The notes beneath the pieces were generated by a model. The model saw nothing but the letters and a program-made list of their open reading frames with translations. It searched no databases and was not told the DNA's origin. Shown piece after piece: positions 38,932 through 53,982 of a stretch of DNA of 64,000 nucleotides. Position 1 is the stretch's first letter; each line of letters begins with the position of its first letter. Made by a program: the position numbers and the translations under genes. This DNA comes from Rhizophagus irregularis. Its lineage: Eukaryota. The stretch is taken from positions 4,588,001 to 4,652,000 of the forward strand of contig NC_089433.1 in the NCBI RefSeq assembly GCF_026210795.1, written 5' to 3'.

Positions 38932-39876
38932 ATGAAAATTTTATACGAAATTAAAATTGTAATTTTTAAATACGTTGAAAATCCAATTTCACTTGCTCTC
39001 GCTAACCGTGCTTGGTATACTATTTTCCATGATCCGCACGCGAGATCTGAATGGCTCCTTAATAAGTATGGGAGAGCACATGCATTATTTCATGCAGTTA
39101 GGCTTGGACGCAATTTCCTCACGTTAGATGTTATAAAATGCTTAATGGCTAAAAAAGCAATTTTATCACGTTACTTTGTTCAAAGACTTATGTTACAATG
39201 TGGAGGTTGTGATGGGAGATTGTTGGAACTTAGAAATACTCTTAACGTAAGCCAAGAAGATTTCAAAAGATTAAATTCTTCCCAAAAGCACCATTGGGGC
39301 TATGACCTATCTGTAGATGTTTTCATATATATTTTGGAAGAAGCAATCAAGTTATATGAATCAGATGTATATATAAAAGGGAATGACTTTGATCTCCTTC
39401 ATTTACTAACAGCCAGTTCTTCCATGATAAGCCTCTCATCTGAAAGAATACAAGTTGACATTGAACAAATAAAGGATTTAATATTAAACAAAAAATTAAT
39501 ACCATTCCCTCCATCAACAAGAGAACATGGTTATGAAAACGTACATCAATTAAATATCCTAGCTCGTGCCATCGTGTTATATCCTGATCTCGTAAATTTA
39601 TGGAAACAAATCGGTTATCATGAAATATGTAAAGATACGAATAGCCTTGTGATTCGGGGCGTATATTTGCTTTTATTTCCATCTAATACCGATCAGCGCA
39701 ACTGGGTGTGCCCAGATGAGAATGTAATATTTAAAAAATTAAAAATATTTATTGATCTTGGATTTAAACTTGACAACCAAAGCATAAGGGCGGTGATTTA
39801 CCTATTTAGAGATAGGATATCAGAAATAGGTGAAGTTATTTTAAAATCTTTTTATTTAATCTGTAAAGATAAATAA
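38932..39876 (+). CDS. Uncharacterised 314-aa protein of a Glomeromycota-expanded family (F-box-like N-terminus)
   Basis: Open single-exon ORF; N-terminus ILYEIKIVIFKYVENPISLALANRAW...DPHARSEWLLNKYGRAHALFHAVRLG, a pattern I recognise from AM-fungal hypothetical proteins. Confidence 0.75.
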   Translation: MKILYEIKIVIFKYVENPISLALANRAWYTIFHDPHARSEWLLNKYGRAHALFHAVRLGRNFLTLDVIKCLMAKKAILSRYFVQRLMLQCGGCDGRLLELRNTLNVSQEDFKRLNSSQKHHWGYDLSVDVFIYILEEAIKLYESDVYIKGNDFDLLHLLTASSSMISLSSERIQVDIEQIKDLILNKKLIPFPPSTREHGYENVHQLNILARAIVLYPDLVNLWKQIGYHEICKDTNSLVIRGVYLLLFPSNTDQRNWVCPDENVIFKKLKIFIDLGFKLDNQSIRAVIYLFRDRISEIGEVILKSFYLICKDK

Positions 39877-40959
39877 TAATATGTTGTATATAATTTTTAT
39901 TTTAAATGGCTTATTATAGTTTTAAATTTATATTTAAGTTTTATAGTTTAAAATTTTTATTTTAAAGTTTTATATAATTTTAAATTTTATTTTAAAGTTT
40001 TATAGTTTTAAATTTTTATTTTATTTCTAAGTTTTATAAATGTTTTAGGATTTTGTTATCTAAATAAAAATTATAAATATCGGATCATTTTTTAAATGAT
40101 AAATTTTATATTTTTATTAATCAAGTCCTTGGTATATAGAAATGTGCGTAAATTTAGAATTTAGCATTATCGCGCGTTCAAAAAAATAAAAATTAAGTAT
40201 AGAACCTTATACTAGCCAAAACCTTTTTTCACTCCACGTGACTTATTGTCTTGAGTGTTTATTTAAACCACGTTGACGGCTCCGCAAATGATCATCTCAT
40301 CTTTTTACTGCTAACTCTCCATAAATGCACCCTCTAAACTATAAACTCACTCCTTTATTGAACCCAACCCTAAGAAGAGAGTTGCTAATTCAAGAACACT
40401 AATTTGTGTAAAGGTTAGCTTCGCTGTGTTTCATGAAATATTCAATTTTAGACTAAAACGTTCCTAATTGTTGTTTAAAGAAATATGCGATAACTTTGGA
40501 AATTACGTCCACTATAAATTCAGAAGTTAGGAACATGGGGTTTAAATCTATTTGGGTTTCTTTACAGTTGTATTCTATAAAGATCATAAAGGTTTGAATT
40601 ATTATAGTATTTGAAAAAATTTTATTCACAAGTTTAACGCATTAATATTTTATTTTAGGTTGCAAAATATTAAATCAAAGTAATCAATTGCGTCGATATA
40701 GGTTTGGTTTATAAATTTTTTTTTTTTAAAAAAAAAGAAAAGACTTTTAATGTAACTATCATTTCAGTACGTAGTGCCGGTTATTTTCCTTATGATTAGA
40801 TAAGGAAGAAAACATAAGTCAAAATTTCACAATCTCCTATGCATTTTGTACTTGAATTAGAATTTTCTATTACTATATTTGAATCTCACATACGTTTCAT
40901 TTTGTTTTTTTTATAATGTTATATTTTTTATTTATTTATTTTGATTTTGATTTTATCAA

Positions 40960-42110
40960 AATCTGGCTTACGCATTTAGTTGCTATTCGACTTCTGGGTC
41001 GTTCTGGGTCGTTCTGGTTCGCAAGAATGGAACATTCATCTTATTTGTAAAAACAAGCAAGAGGTAAGTCCGATATTTAACTGCATTTTTCAATAACATA
41101 AAATTATGAAATTAATCAATATTTGCTATTCTTTAGCAAAGTCTTGATTTAATAACAATATTTTATACCAATAAGAGTTAGGATAAACCGTTTATTCCTC
41201 CTCTTTGCTAATAATGGCGCAACTTGTCAGAGAGACGTTCTCTATTATTTTCACCAAATTATGTGAACTCGTATATTTTGTAAAAGAATCCGGTGTTGTA
41301 TAGATGCAGTATGAAGTACCTTTCATATGATTACAATGATCCTTTTGATCACAAGTGAGAAAGCATCAAGAGTACCGAGAGCAGCAGCATCAGTAGCAGC
41401 AACACCGAGATAAGGTTAAACTTTTTAATCAAAACTCATGACTCTTCGATCTTAAAAGCATCTGATCCATTAGCAATACCACCGCAACCGAAAGCTAAAA
41501 GAATTGATATTAATAATGTAGTGACTAATGAAGGTGATTTACTGGATATGAACAATGCAGTAAGAACAATATAATAACAGCATTTACTATTGTTGCGATG
41601 CTTATAATATTTTTGGATGTTATGAAGGTAGAGTTATATTAGGATTAAATAATATATTGTTTCATTGAAATTAATTAAATTTATTTTAATGCAGGTCGTG
41701 CAAATTTGGTTGGGCTGATATTAGATACCTCAATATTTTATATCGTAAGTTAAATTATGTTTGGATAAGTTATTTTAATTTCAAATTAATCGTAATTTTT
41801 TTTATTGCTTTAATATTAGGTTGATTGGTGCCTCGCGTTGTAAGTCATTTGAACGTAACGAGAAATTTTGAATCGATGCTTTAATTGTCTGTTAAGATGA
41901 TTTTTAACTGGAACAGTTATTTGAGATCTGAGTGGCCTGTGTTATTAGATGAAATTCATTAAGTAAAGATTTTTGCGAAGTTTGCCAGAAATTAATATTA
42001 ATTTACATTATATATTAAATTTATAGGAAGGATTACTGTCGATTACAGCAATTCATTGCACAAAATGAAGTTATGAAGGTGCTTTTGATACTAAAATTAT
42101 AGATAGAAAT
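40960..42110 (+). pseudogene. 6-phosphofructokinase pseudogene (N-terminal part, introns retained)
   Basis: KAKRIDINNVVTNEGDLLDMNNAVRT (cf. KRIAVMTSGGDSPGMNAAVR), CDAYNIFGCYEG, WADIRY, LIGASRCKSF, IDALIVC, LTG, RSEWPVLLDE appear in the expected order, with stops and frameshifts. Confidence 0.75.
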
Positions 42111-45100
42111 TGTGGTTGGCTCCTATAGACAATAGGATATATATAATTTATATAATATTCAATAAAATATTTGATAAAAATATATATTTAAAAAAATATG
42201 ACACACTTAAACCATTAAGAGCGTTATTTTTTATTATTTGTAAAGGAGATAATAATTAATCATTATCTGAGTTGATAAATAAACTCAAAATGCTGTAAAT
42301 ATATTTCCATCTAATTATCAAAATTATTTGTCTTTTTTAAAAAAACACAACCGGTCAAAATATGTGCATCAACATTATTGGTCTTTAACAAATGACTAAA
42401 ATACTTAGCAGCTTCAGCGACAATTAACAACTCATTTCATAAATACGTTAAAGAAAATCATTGTGAACGAAAATATACTGTAACATAGAATTCAAAACTT
42501 TTAAACATTAAAACATCAAATATAAAATTCACAAGCTTTCTTAGTATCAAATGCTTTGATCTTCCCTGTTTGAGTAACATAAGACCATACATCAATTAAT
42601 CGGATAATTCGTGCCGAATAGTCTTACTTTAATGATGGACCAATACAAAAATGATAACCATAATTATGTTTCATTGAGATTTCACTTTCACGTTAGGTCG
42701 AATAAAATGCTATTAACTTGATCCAAAAGTAAAATTAATAAATAAAATATAAAGAATTAACACGTTAAACCAATTAAAAAAGAGTAAACCTTAACAATTG
42801 CAGAATGGTCATACAAGGACTTAGAAAGTTTTCGCCAATGTCCAAAGAAGTAGTTCCCCATGCTGTTGCCTTTAATTTTGATCAGGAAAAGTTATAGTAA
42901 AGGAATACGCAATTCCTCTACGCAAATATTTTTTCATGAATATATAAGCTCAAATAACATCATTATACCAATGATATCTCTTTCTCTCAATTTCTTTATT
43001 CCATTCTTCAAATAATTTAATTCGGTGAAAGATATATCCAGGGAGAAGGCTAACGAAAAAAGTTTAGCTATTTAACCATAAATTATTCTCTCAAAATAAA
43101 ACAAATAGAATATTCATTATAAGAAATTTTCTTTTGAACTTAGTTTTTTTTATGCGTGTGATTTATATGTTAACAAGCTGCGGATTAAAGGATTTTGTAG
43201 CAATCTTACAAAATATATGTGTATATGTCAGACTGTATTATAATTGATCATTTTGATGTAACGTTCCTATACATTATCCATTAAAAAACGGATATCTGGA
43301 TATCCGGATGAACGAATACAAACTACTTTTTACATTTCAAAAAATACAAAAACAAGGATTCTCATATTCTTGTATTTTCATGTATTCACTTATTGTATTT
43401 AATTTCTTTTTTAACAAAATTTGTGTAATAATATGACATCTTTAACCTTAAATTTTCCATTATCATTCATCCATTGCAATTAATTGCGCCAATAATTCTC
43501 AACTCTTTTTGTTATCATTTTTATTATCTCTATCGAAATTGTAAACTTATTCTTAGTCTTTGTTTTGGTTCAATCTTTTGAAAATTTCTTACCCAAAAAA
43601 TTTACTTGCGTCTTTTCTTTTTTCATTTTAAAAGAATGTGATGGAAAAAATAAAACACGTTATTTCAATTTCAGATTAAAAATCTGACTAAGAGAAATAC
43701 ACAGTTTGTTAGTAACTTTAATTAACGCCTAGCACTTTTATATTTGTTAGTTTTTCACGTTCTTACTATATTTTAAAGTTAATATTATGATATGCTACGA
43801 TTTCTGCAATATGCTAAATATGCTACAAACAAATCTTCGAACAAAAAAGATGGAAATTCCCTAAAACAACGAATAACTTGTTTAAACAAGTTTATTGTCC
43901 AATAAAAAATAATTACATTATTTCTCGAACAAATTAACGTAAAAAATTTTTTATTACAGTTCAATTATTTTTAGATAAAAATATGATTTTTGAGTTTGTA
44001 TATTTTGGTTAAATTCAAGCTTTTTTTTAAAAAAAAATTGAATAATTCTTTCCTCCAACCTTTCAAACATTGGATCATTCTGATATTTTTTTTTCTGTTA
44101 TAGATTATTCACAGTTTTGGCAATTATCATCAGTATTTTATTGCCACGTATTATTTTTCAAAACAAAAAGTTACCTGTAACTAACATTGTATAAACAAAA
44201 CATTCAGTAATATTTCGTCATAAAAATTTTAAAGGATTCAAATTGAGGCGCACTGACACCTTCACATGCTCGTATTACTGTGCCTTTTCTATTAAAAAAA
44301 TGTAATAATTATTAATATAAATTAAACCAAAGATGCTTTTGTATAAAAAAAGTCTGTCTAGATTCTTGATTGTGGTTTATTTTGCAGTTGAGGCTTTAGT
44401 GCATTCAGGCTGACATACATCAGCCATTAATTAACTAAGCGCGAAGTTCGCTAAACGCGTGATATTCTCCTTTATATAGAATTCTGATGTTAAAAGCACA
44501 AATATTTGAATTGCGCATTTTTCTTTTCTATTTAAGCAATTAAGACTTTCGGGCCGACAAAACAATCAGCCATTAATTAAATAATGACTCGCGTCAGATG
44601 ACGGTCTTAGTCATCCGAGGTGCGTCAACTGACACGATCTACAGCAAAAATTTGAAAGAAAATCGCCGGATATTGGCTTAGTGATCACTGCGTAATGCGC
44701 AGGTTGAAGTTTTCCGTAAATACAAACAAATATTTATGTGTACCACTTTTTTTTCAAATTCCACTGTTTTTTATAAATTCTCCCCTAAGACTTCCTTGAG
44801 ACTCCTCTTGAAACTCTTTCACAAATTCTTTTTCACACCATATTTTAATACTTTCAAAGATATTGATAACTGATAAATATGGTTTAACATATTCATATCT
44901 AATTCATCATTATTAAATATTACAAAAAAGTTTTAATGTTTAGAAAGTAGAAGAACAAAGAGGAATTACATAAAAAGAAAATTTCCCACTTCTTGAAAGA
45001 ACAAACAATTGGCAAAATTATGCCTAATTAAGATAAATTTTTATTAATTTTTTTATTTAATAAATAAAATGAATGAAAGTTCGTAAATAATAAATAACTT

Positions 45101-45159
45101 TTGTTCTGTCAATGTATAACATTTTTTTATTAAAAAAAAGTTATAGTATTTTTATTATA

Positions 45160-45850
45160 GAGAATTTTGTGTTAGCTGAAGAGATTAGCTTTTATTATAT
45201 AGAGTATTTTACATTTGGACATGTTGACAATTTACTGTAGGACTTCATGCATCTTCTCCTGTTGAAAGCATTAATGTTTGGATTAAAAGCTATAATTTTA
45301 ATTCCAATATTTCCTTATGTGAGTTTAGTGATGTAATATATAAAAGGCAAAGACAAAATATTCGTTTAGTTTACGTAAAAGACGAATATGAAGATAAAAT
45401 TAGCAAATGTTAATATTATTGAATTAAAATCTGATAAAATCATTAATATTGTCCTATTACTTTAAAACGGATGAATCAGAGTTATATTATATTTCAACGA
45501 GTTGGTATCTTTTTTTTTACACCATTATGAAGGATACATCTTTTTTAGAAATCTTGAAAAAAAAAAGATTTTATGGACATGTATGTGAATGTAAATCCAG
45601 GCGGAGCAAGTCATATTCAGCCAAACGATAAAGTCACATTCTATAAACTAAATATACAGGAGAAGCCTCGGAGTGAAATTACAAATTCCTTTTGGAATGA
45701 GGTATAAGACTACTGTTATCTGATAATATACTATTCTCAAGATAATGTACTCATATTTAATTACTGGATAAATGATTATAACTAAAACAAAATACCAGAT
45801 TTTGATTTTTACTATTTTTACTCTAAAGCAGCATTACCAACAGCAGCAAA
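45160..45850 (+). mobile_element. MULE/FAR1-like transposase fragment
   Basis: FTVGLHASSPVESINVWIKSYNFNSNISLCEF matches the MULE catalytic-Glu region (T/S..VES.N..IK). The surrounding sequence is decayed. Confidence 0.55.
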
Positions 45851-48269
45851 TGTCACTAAGGATATAATTCAAAGTTTAGAAAATTAAATTTTAAAATAAT
45901 TATTTTTTCTATATTTAGATCTTTTATTATTTAGATAAAAATGCACATTTCCTTAAATTTTTTATTATTCTTTAAATAATAATGTCTTAATTAATTGAAC
46001 AATTCATAACCTACACAGCTTAAGCTTATTTTATGCTTTATGATTTAATATTGTAAAAACTTATATTCCACTTTCAAAATGACTTGCCGACGTTCTAATA
46101 CTTCTCGCCAAAAATCTAAGGTTCGCAAACTCGATCGAAGGTGTATAGATAATTTAAATCTCTGAGGATTACTATGAGAAACTTATGGTTTTTAACTCAT
46201 TGTAATACTTAATAATGATGAATTAGATGACTTTACAACTACTACAGGATACAGTTTATACTTTAAATTGATGGTTAATTAGTAGAAAAAATTAGAATGT
46301 GTTAATAGAAGACCATTATAGCAGAAGCTTTGGAAGGCTCAAAAAAAAAATAAACTTAAAGTCTTATTGCTGTCAGACATGTGTGCTTATTGCGCTGAAA
46401 AAGGACATTGGGTCGAAGTCTGTCCCCATCTTCTTGATAGTCAGCAAAAATCTATGTTTTAATCGCTGGAGTACAGATGAAATCCAAGAAATAGATATAT
46501 AATTATTAAGATTTGCAATTAAAATAAGATATTCAAAACTTCATATTACATTATTTTGTTTATACCAATTACTGACCAAAAAATGTTTAGCTGTAGTATG
46601 GCTGGATACTAAAGTTAAAATGTCTAAGATTAATACCGCTTCTGGTTTATAATTTCGTATATACCCTTTTATTATTATATTCTAATTTCTTGTATACATC
46701 TGAAGAGTCTGATCTTGAACATCTGATCTCAAGGATGAGAAAGAAACTAAATCTGAAGCGGATGGGTGATCAAACATTTTCAACATTATTTAGAACTTAA
46801 GCCATTTATAGTTGTTACTGACAATGCCACTTTAAAATGGCTGATATGATGTGAAGGCCATTTGTCTCTTCATCTGAATTCCAACATATAAATGGGACCT
46901 GGATAGAAATTAAGGGATTGATGCCATAAGGTTTTTTAATTGTTAATATATTTTGGAAGAAGAATACCGTAATTATACATATTATAGAATAATAGTTAAA
47001 CATTTTCAAAATAATATAAAAAAAGAATACTAAATTACTAAAAAATGAACTAATATTGGATTATCATAAGTAAAAGTAAAACATAGAATGGCTTGAGGAT
47101 ATTATGACTTATTGGCAAAATATTATCACTAAAAATTGCTTTCATTATTATTTATTCACTATTTATGAAAATCTAGTTAAATCTCACTCTCAGTCTCTCA
47201 CTCACTCCTGTTAATATTATTGATTTTTAACATATCTAATTCACCACTATTAAATATTATAATAACTTCACATTTAAGGTTAATTAGTAAAAAAGCATTA
47301 CTTTTTTTATTATAATATCTGAGATAAATTCTTATAATTACTATATTCTTCTTCCAAAGTATATTATTAAATAATTGTAAGATTATTTCGAAATAGTATA
47401 TTACATTAATTCAATTAACAGAATGGGATTGAGAAATCTACAAAATTGCTTCTATAGAAAGTAATATCCTGGTGTATTTGAAATTTGGATCACTGATGAG
47501 CAAATGGGTTAACAAAAACTTTGATGGATTTAAGAGAGCTTATAGATTTTGGAAAAGAAGATAAAAAAATGAAAGACTTTTTTTATTAAACTTTCTTTAT
47601 AATTTACTTGGTTTTTAATGAACTATTTAATTTACAATTAACAAGCTCAAACAAAAATTAGCAATAGATAAATAGGGTTTTATGATTAGAATGGTTTTTT
47701 ATAATGCAACTTAAAATTCCTTATTGCATTATTTTTATTTATACCAAAAAAGTGTATAATAGTCATAATTGTTTCTAAAAGGACTATTCTTTCTCTGTTA
47801 ATAACATCCAATATTTTTACTATTTCCATTATTATTAATATGGTTGCTTGTCACTCTCACATTTCTAAAAAAATCAAAGGACTGCATTAAGAACAATGAA
47901 TGATGACTGTAAAATTTCTAAAAAGTAGTTAGGTTCATGGAAGTATTTCTTTAAAATATTAAAAAATCTTTATGGAGTTTTAAATTTTATAAAGTATTTA
48001 AAGACTAAAAAGAACAGAAATTTAATGAAAAATATTCCTTTATTTTATATTAAAGGCGAAGATCCTATTAATAATAAAAATGAGGATGAAGAAGGCAAAT
48101 ATCAATCTATCAAAATTCAAACAATTGGATAATGGTTTTATTGAATTAAATAGTCATAAATATGGCTAATGTCAGCTAAATTTCTTAATTTTATAAGACT
48201 TTTCACAGACTTATTTAGGAAATTTTGACTGAATAAAGACATTTGTACTCAGTTTAAAAAGTGAATAGG

Positions 48270-50120
48270 AAATGGTGCATTTATATTTTGTTAGAAATAA
48301 TAATTCAGTCATTAATTTGACAAAACTTACTGTGGTAGTCTGGTAGTAGATTCATTAACCAGAGAATTCAAAGGAAAAAGTTATAGTCACCAAATTGGAG
48401 CTTTTCAAATTTTATGAATTTAAATTCTATTTATTAGTTTTTTAATTGATTTCAAAAATCAAAACTGCTTTTAATTATTGATATTTTAATTTTCTTACAT
48501 CACATTTTTATGGAGTAACTAAACGTATAAGCCTGCCTTTCTTGAAGTAAAACTAAATAAAATAGATATTGTTAAAGCTTACAAGTTAAAATACATTAAA
48601 AGAAATTTGAAACAGAACTTTAGAATCAATAATAAAAGAAAATAGTTGATGCATTCAGATGCATCATATATCCATTATAAGTATCTTGTGCAATCATTTT
48701 ATAAAACACGTTGTTATAGAGCACAAATTCCTTTAAAAAGAAAAGACATGGATGACTAGTTTTTTAGATTTCTTATTTACCATTTATGAAATAGTTAATT
48801 TTTTGAATTAAAATTTTAATTAAAAAATAATTTTTATATATTATAGATTTGCATTTCTGAAAATATCAAAAAATAGATAAATTAATTAACAAACTTTCAA
48901 AAAAAAAGCAAGATTCTGCTTGAGCACAGCAGAAAGACAGAGCATAGCGAGTAAGGTTTGGAGTTATTGGAGAACGAATGGGAAAGAAGCCTGACATCAT
49001 GGGAATGATGAAGCAAGAGGAAAAGGTTGGTGACTTAAATATACATATTCTTTTTTTTTTTAGTATTAACTCAAAAAATATTTTTTTTCTTAAAGGGCTC
49101 AAATAATCAACATTGAAGATAAATAATTTAACAACTTCAGATTTAAGTTCTATTTTTTAAAAAAATTTTGTATTTTTTTTGAATATTTTTTATTTTTTAA
49201 ATAGTGCATTTATATTTTGTCAGAAATGATGATTCAGTTATTAATTTAACAAAACTTACTGTAGTGGATTCATGCCTCATGATTATAAAATATATTTAAA
49301 TGGAAAATTAATATTCAAAATATTTATTAAGAAACATATTGAGGATTTAGATATGTTGGTTTTAAAGGATAATTATAATTTTACATTTTTGTTAAAAATG
49401 TCTGATTTGTTTTGGGTTAGTTAAATTATTTAAAACATATAAAATAGTTAATATAGTTACAATACAGAACTTATTAATGAATTAATTAGGAAGTTATTAT
49501 TAGGCTTTAAGATATTAATATGGGAGCCTAGAAATGAATTACAAATAAGAAAAGAGAAAAAGCATAATATCAGTAACAAAGATAAAATAAAGAAGTCAAG
49601 TGGAATAAAATCGTACATAGAAAATGCTGAGGCACTTCATAGTAGAGAAGCCTGAGAAGGTGAATGGAATAAATGGAATGATATTTCTTTCCATTGTGGT
49701 GGGCATTGGTCAAACTTTTAGGCGGATCTTGACGGTCACCTAGAAATTTTGGTTGCATCAATTATTGATAATGATACAGCCATGATATAGGTGATAGATC
49801 AACTTTTTCTTTGGAGGAGTAGTCTTGTCTCATATGAAATAAGAAAAAAACAAACTTTTATAAGATCTAAAAATAAGCATATTATTGGTTGAATGTATGT
49901 AAGTTAGCAATGTTATAATATGACAAGGCCACATCTATAAAAATAAATAAAAAAAAAATATTCAAAATATTTAATTAAAAACAGTAGCTGTGGCAAAGTA
50001 AAAATTCTCATTACTAAAGCTTTCATACACTACTTGGTCTTTTAGTATTAATTCAAAAAAATATTTTTTTTCCAAATAATCAACACTAAAGATAAATAAT
50101 TCAGAAAATTCAAATTTATG
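48270..50120 (+). pseudogene. Fragmented, locally duplicated gene or TE remnants (GKKPDIM motif)
   Basis: ...GVIGERMGKKPDIMGMMKQEEK followed by a GT donor at ~49025; duplicated blocks ~48276-48340 vs ~49204-49270 and ~49060-49145 vs ~50043-50120. Confidence 0.35.
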
Positions 50121-52432
50121 TATATTTTTATATTTTTATAATTTTTTATATTTTTATTTTTTTTTATATTTTTATATTTTTTATATTTTTTAAGAGTTTA
50201 TTCATTACCTCATTATATGATTATTATTTTAGTTAAAATTTGAAAACTTTTTTTGTAAATACTTTGTAAATCTTTTAAAAATATTTTATTTACATAATGA
50301 AAATAATAAATATCAGGAAATTTTTATTTGAAAATACAATATTATAAATACAATTATGGGAACAGAAAAGTCTCACAAAATTTTTATGGATTTTAACATT
50401 ATAAGAATTTTAGCATTAAGTAATAAGTTAATCAAGAATGCTAAAGGAAATAATGTGTTATAGGATTGTTTTGAAAAACATGAGATACATTAGAAACTTC
50501 TTTATAGGCTTTTCATCTTCTCAGTGTAAAAAGATTAGCACTGTATTAGAAGATATCTTGCAACTCGTATTGACAAAGCTGAAGTAGACAGAGTAGTGGG
50601 TGTTACTAATTTCACATTTTCTGTTACACTCCCACAGCCCATAGCAGATAGCTTTTTATTATTTTTATTATTTTCTTTTTAGTTTTCCACATAACTATTT
50701 TTTGTTTGGTATAATTTCCCACCTTACCTCCCCTATTCCTACTAACTTTTTTCTTTATCTTTAGTTTACTATATCAGATATTAGATACCGTATGACTAGA
50801 GAATGGTGCCAAGTTATAATAGATTTAGACAATGTATAAACGATAGATAGTTTTATTATTAGTTTAAAGATGGCAATTTTATAGTGTAATTTAAGCAATA
50901 CTGGCCAGAAATTGGAAATAATCAGACAATAAATTTTATTATTGAAAAAAGTTTCTGGAAATTATTATTATTTTTTGCAATAAATTTACTGTGCATGCAT
51001 ATACTTGCTAGCTAGTTCACAGCATAGTTTTAACACTTTAGTTAATCAGGCAGCAATAAATGCTGTGAATTGAAAAAACTAAGAAGTTATATACCAAATC
51101 CAGAATTTGTAAAATTTTCTTATAACAAATTTTAAAGAAATATTTAAAATTTAGAATGCCTAAGAAATTTCTTCCAAATATTAATAACTTATTATTATAT
51201 GGATAAAGTTTAATCACTACATATCTTCAGTAGAAATGAAAACATATTGAAAGAAAACTAACAGTCAAAAACTAATCATGGCATTCGAAGCAAAACTAAT
51301 CGATGCTTTGAAATAATAAAATAATAAAAATGTTGATATAAAAATATAATTATTAGGGACTTAGGGTATTAATTTACATGATCGGCAGTAATAGTAATAT
51401 AGTATTACAGATGACACAAATTTCGAAAAAAAAAAAATTTTTTTTTTTACTTGTTTCGACTTGAGAGATCTCTTTCGTTATAGACAAAGATAAGCAAAAA
51501 TTTTTACTTCATACAATAAAATAAAATAAATAATTGTTAAAATACAAATTATCGATCTATACCGATATAAAGGAGTGACATTGTTTATTGTGTTCCAAAG
51601 TACATTTCGAGCTCTATAATGTGGTACTGATTGCTTTTATAAAAGTTTAATTTATTTAAGTAAAATCTCTTGACTTCACTTAATCAAAATAAAATCAGCT
51701 TATCTGAAATCCGCAATAACCATCTCATTAAATAATGCCACCATAAAAAATAACGATTAAAAATAAATAAAATAAATTCAATTTTGAGGATATTTACAAA
51801 TTCTTTAACTTAAAATACTGTTTCTTATAAAATGTACAATTTAAATATTTTAGCATTTGAAATTTTAAAGTATTATACTTTATAACTTATGAGTATCATT
51901 AATATTTTTAAAGCCTTAATATATATCATTTTTAATAAATTATAAACTAATCTTTGCACATTTTTTACAATACAACGTACATTAGAGATAACGTATTCGC
52001 CAAAATTTACAAATAAAAGAAATTGGCACCCATACATTTCCTCATCTATTATTTTAATGAACGTATTGACTAAATTATAATCAATGAAGACACCAAATTA
52101 AGCAAATAAAACGTTTATACAAGAAATTAAAGACCGTGAAAGTTAGAAAGCATCACTTTAGACTAAAGGCCTTGAGATAGTTGCAATAGTTATGGCTTGT
52201 GAAATTTAATAGAACAGAAATAATTCATCTAAAAAAGTGAAGTGTAAGATAATTAAAACTAATATTGTTGAATATATAGAGAAAAATCCATTAAAATGCT
52301 TTCTATATATCTGAATTATTCTTCAACTCTACAAATAGTTACTGGAAGAATGTAATATAAAATAATATAAACGACTTAAGAAACTTATATTTGTATATTT
52401 TCGATTTTTTATAATTACATGTAAAATTAATT

Positions 52433-53982
52433 TTATTCTCTCTCTTTAATTTGAAATACTTCATAGTCTTCTATTGAAAATTCATTTCCGGTATCTCTGA
52501 TCTTTTTTTCATAAAAGAACTTTTGATACCGAATATTATAATTTACAAACTCACCAGTAGCTCTTATAATAATGTCTGTGCCAAAACATGGACCACGTTT
52601 AGCGCCATAATTCAATGCATGTTCTGTATCTTTAATATTACTAATAATTGCACTTTTAATATCCTTTTCTTTAAAAGAAAAAACAAAACTATGTTTTGTT
52701 TTTCCCCAATTATCTGAAGAGCTCCACATTATCGGATTATAACCACCAATAATTTCTTCTGTTCCTTCTACTTTAATAAAGGTAATGGTATTATACTTAT
52801 CATCACATAATTCATGAAATTTTTTAGGTGTAAATCCATCTCGGCTTCCTCTTAATAATAATTGAAATTTATACGGTAAATATAATTCTCTTAAATGATC
52901 AAATCTGCTATTGTTAATAACTGTTTTATCAATCCATTTCAAAATAGTTGAGGCAATTTCTAAAGTAACAATTTTTGTATCAATAATGCTCTCAATTCTA
53001 ATATTTCTAGGAAATAAAATGCTGTCATTTGGTTCACTTTTAGGATCCAAATGAGATTTTAATAAATCTTCATAAAGTTGATGATTTAAGAGTCTTTTAT
53101 AGGGACGAACTTTTTCTAAAAAATCTTTGGATGATAAACTAAAAAATCTAATTAATGATAAACAATGTTGTAAAACATTTTTCATTGCTTTGAAATCATC
53201 ATTCGACCAAGTATTAGGATCTGGAATAAGTGTATGATTTTGTGCGAGACCCCATTTTAATACATGTTCCCAAACCTCAATTTCTTTCATTTGTAAATCA
53301 TCTCTTTTAATAAGTTGAACTAAAGATTTTTCAGGAAGAGAGGTGAAATCAAGTGATTTAAATATTTTCTCTGGAGATTTTACCATAAAATCCGTACAAA
53401 ATTGTTGAAGTTCTAATAAAGAATTTGATTGAAAGCTTGTTCTATGAATAAGTTCAAAATGTTGTTCCATCCATTCGGTTTTATTTTCAATTAAATATTT
53501 TTGTAAATAATCAACTAATTCTTGAAGTAGAAGCTCATCCGCAGCTAATAATAGATTGAGAATCTCCGAAGTGTCTTGTCCATTCAATGAAATAATACCA
53601 CCATAAATATACCTATACAAAAAATTTGAATTTCGAATTTGAAAAATTTGAAATAATTTGAATATTTAAAAATTTGGGATTATGTTATTACATATAAATT
53701 TATTGTATACAAAGTTACAAACTCTTACTTTAAAATAATCTGAAAGATTTCAGGCGATATGTTTGATAATTTAATATGAGCCAAAGAATTATCCCTATTT
53801 TTTTTATTAGAAGCCAAAGTTCGTCGTAAATATGGAGAACGGTAACACAAAATATTCATATGAGCACGAAAGATTTTTACATTAGGATCCTCTCCAACTT
53901 CAATTGTTATATCGTAATATTCATCATCATCTAATAATTCAATATAGTTTTTACTTAATTTTGAAAAAAATTGGGTAGACAT
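52433..53982 (-). CDS. BTB/POZ-BACK-TLDc protein (477 aa predicted)
   Basis: Exons 53982-53729 and 53612-52433 join in frame. Motifs YDITIEVGEDPNVKIFRAHMNILCYRSPY, YIYGG, EIEVWEHVLKWG, LLLRGSRDGF, IIGGYNP, YEVFQI. Confidence 0.92.

Noticed and set aside
40200..40850. Faint resemblance of decayed exons (NFGNYVHYKFR...RKHKSKFH) to ribosomal protein eL20
   Set aside because: Too few matching residues to support a call without an alignment.
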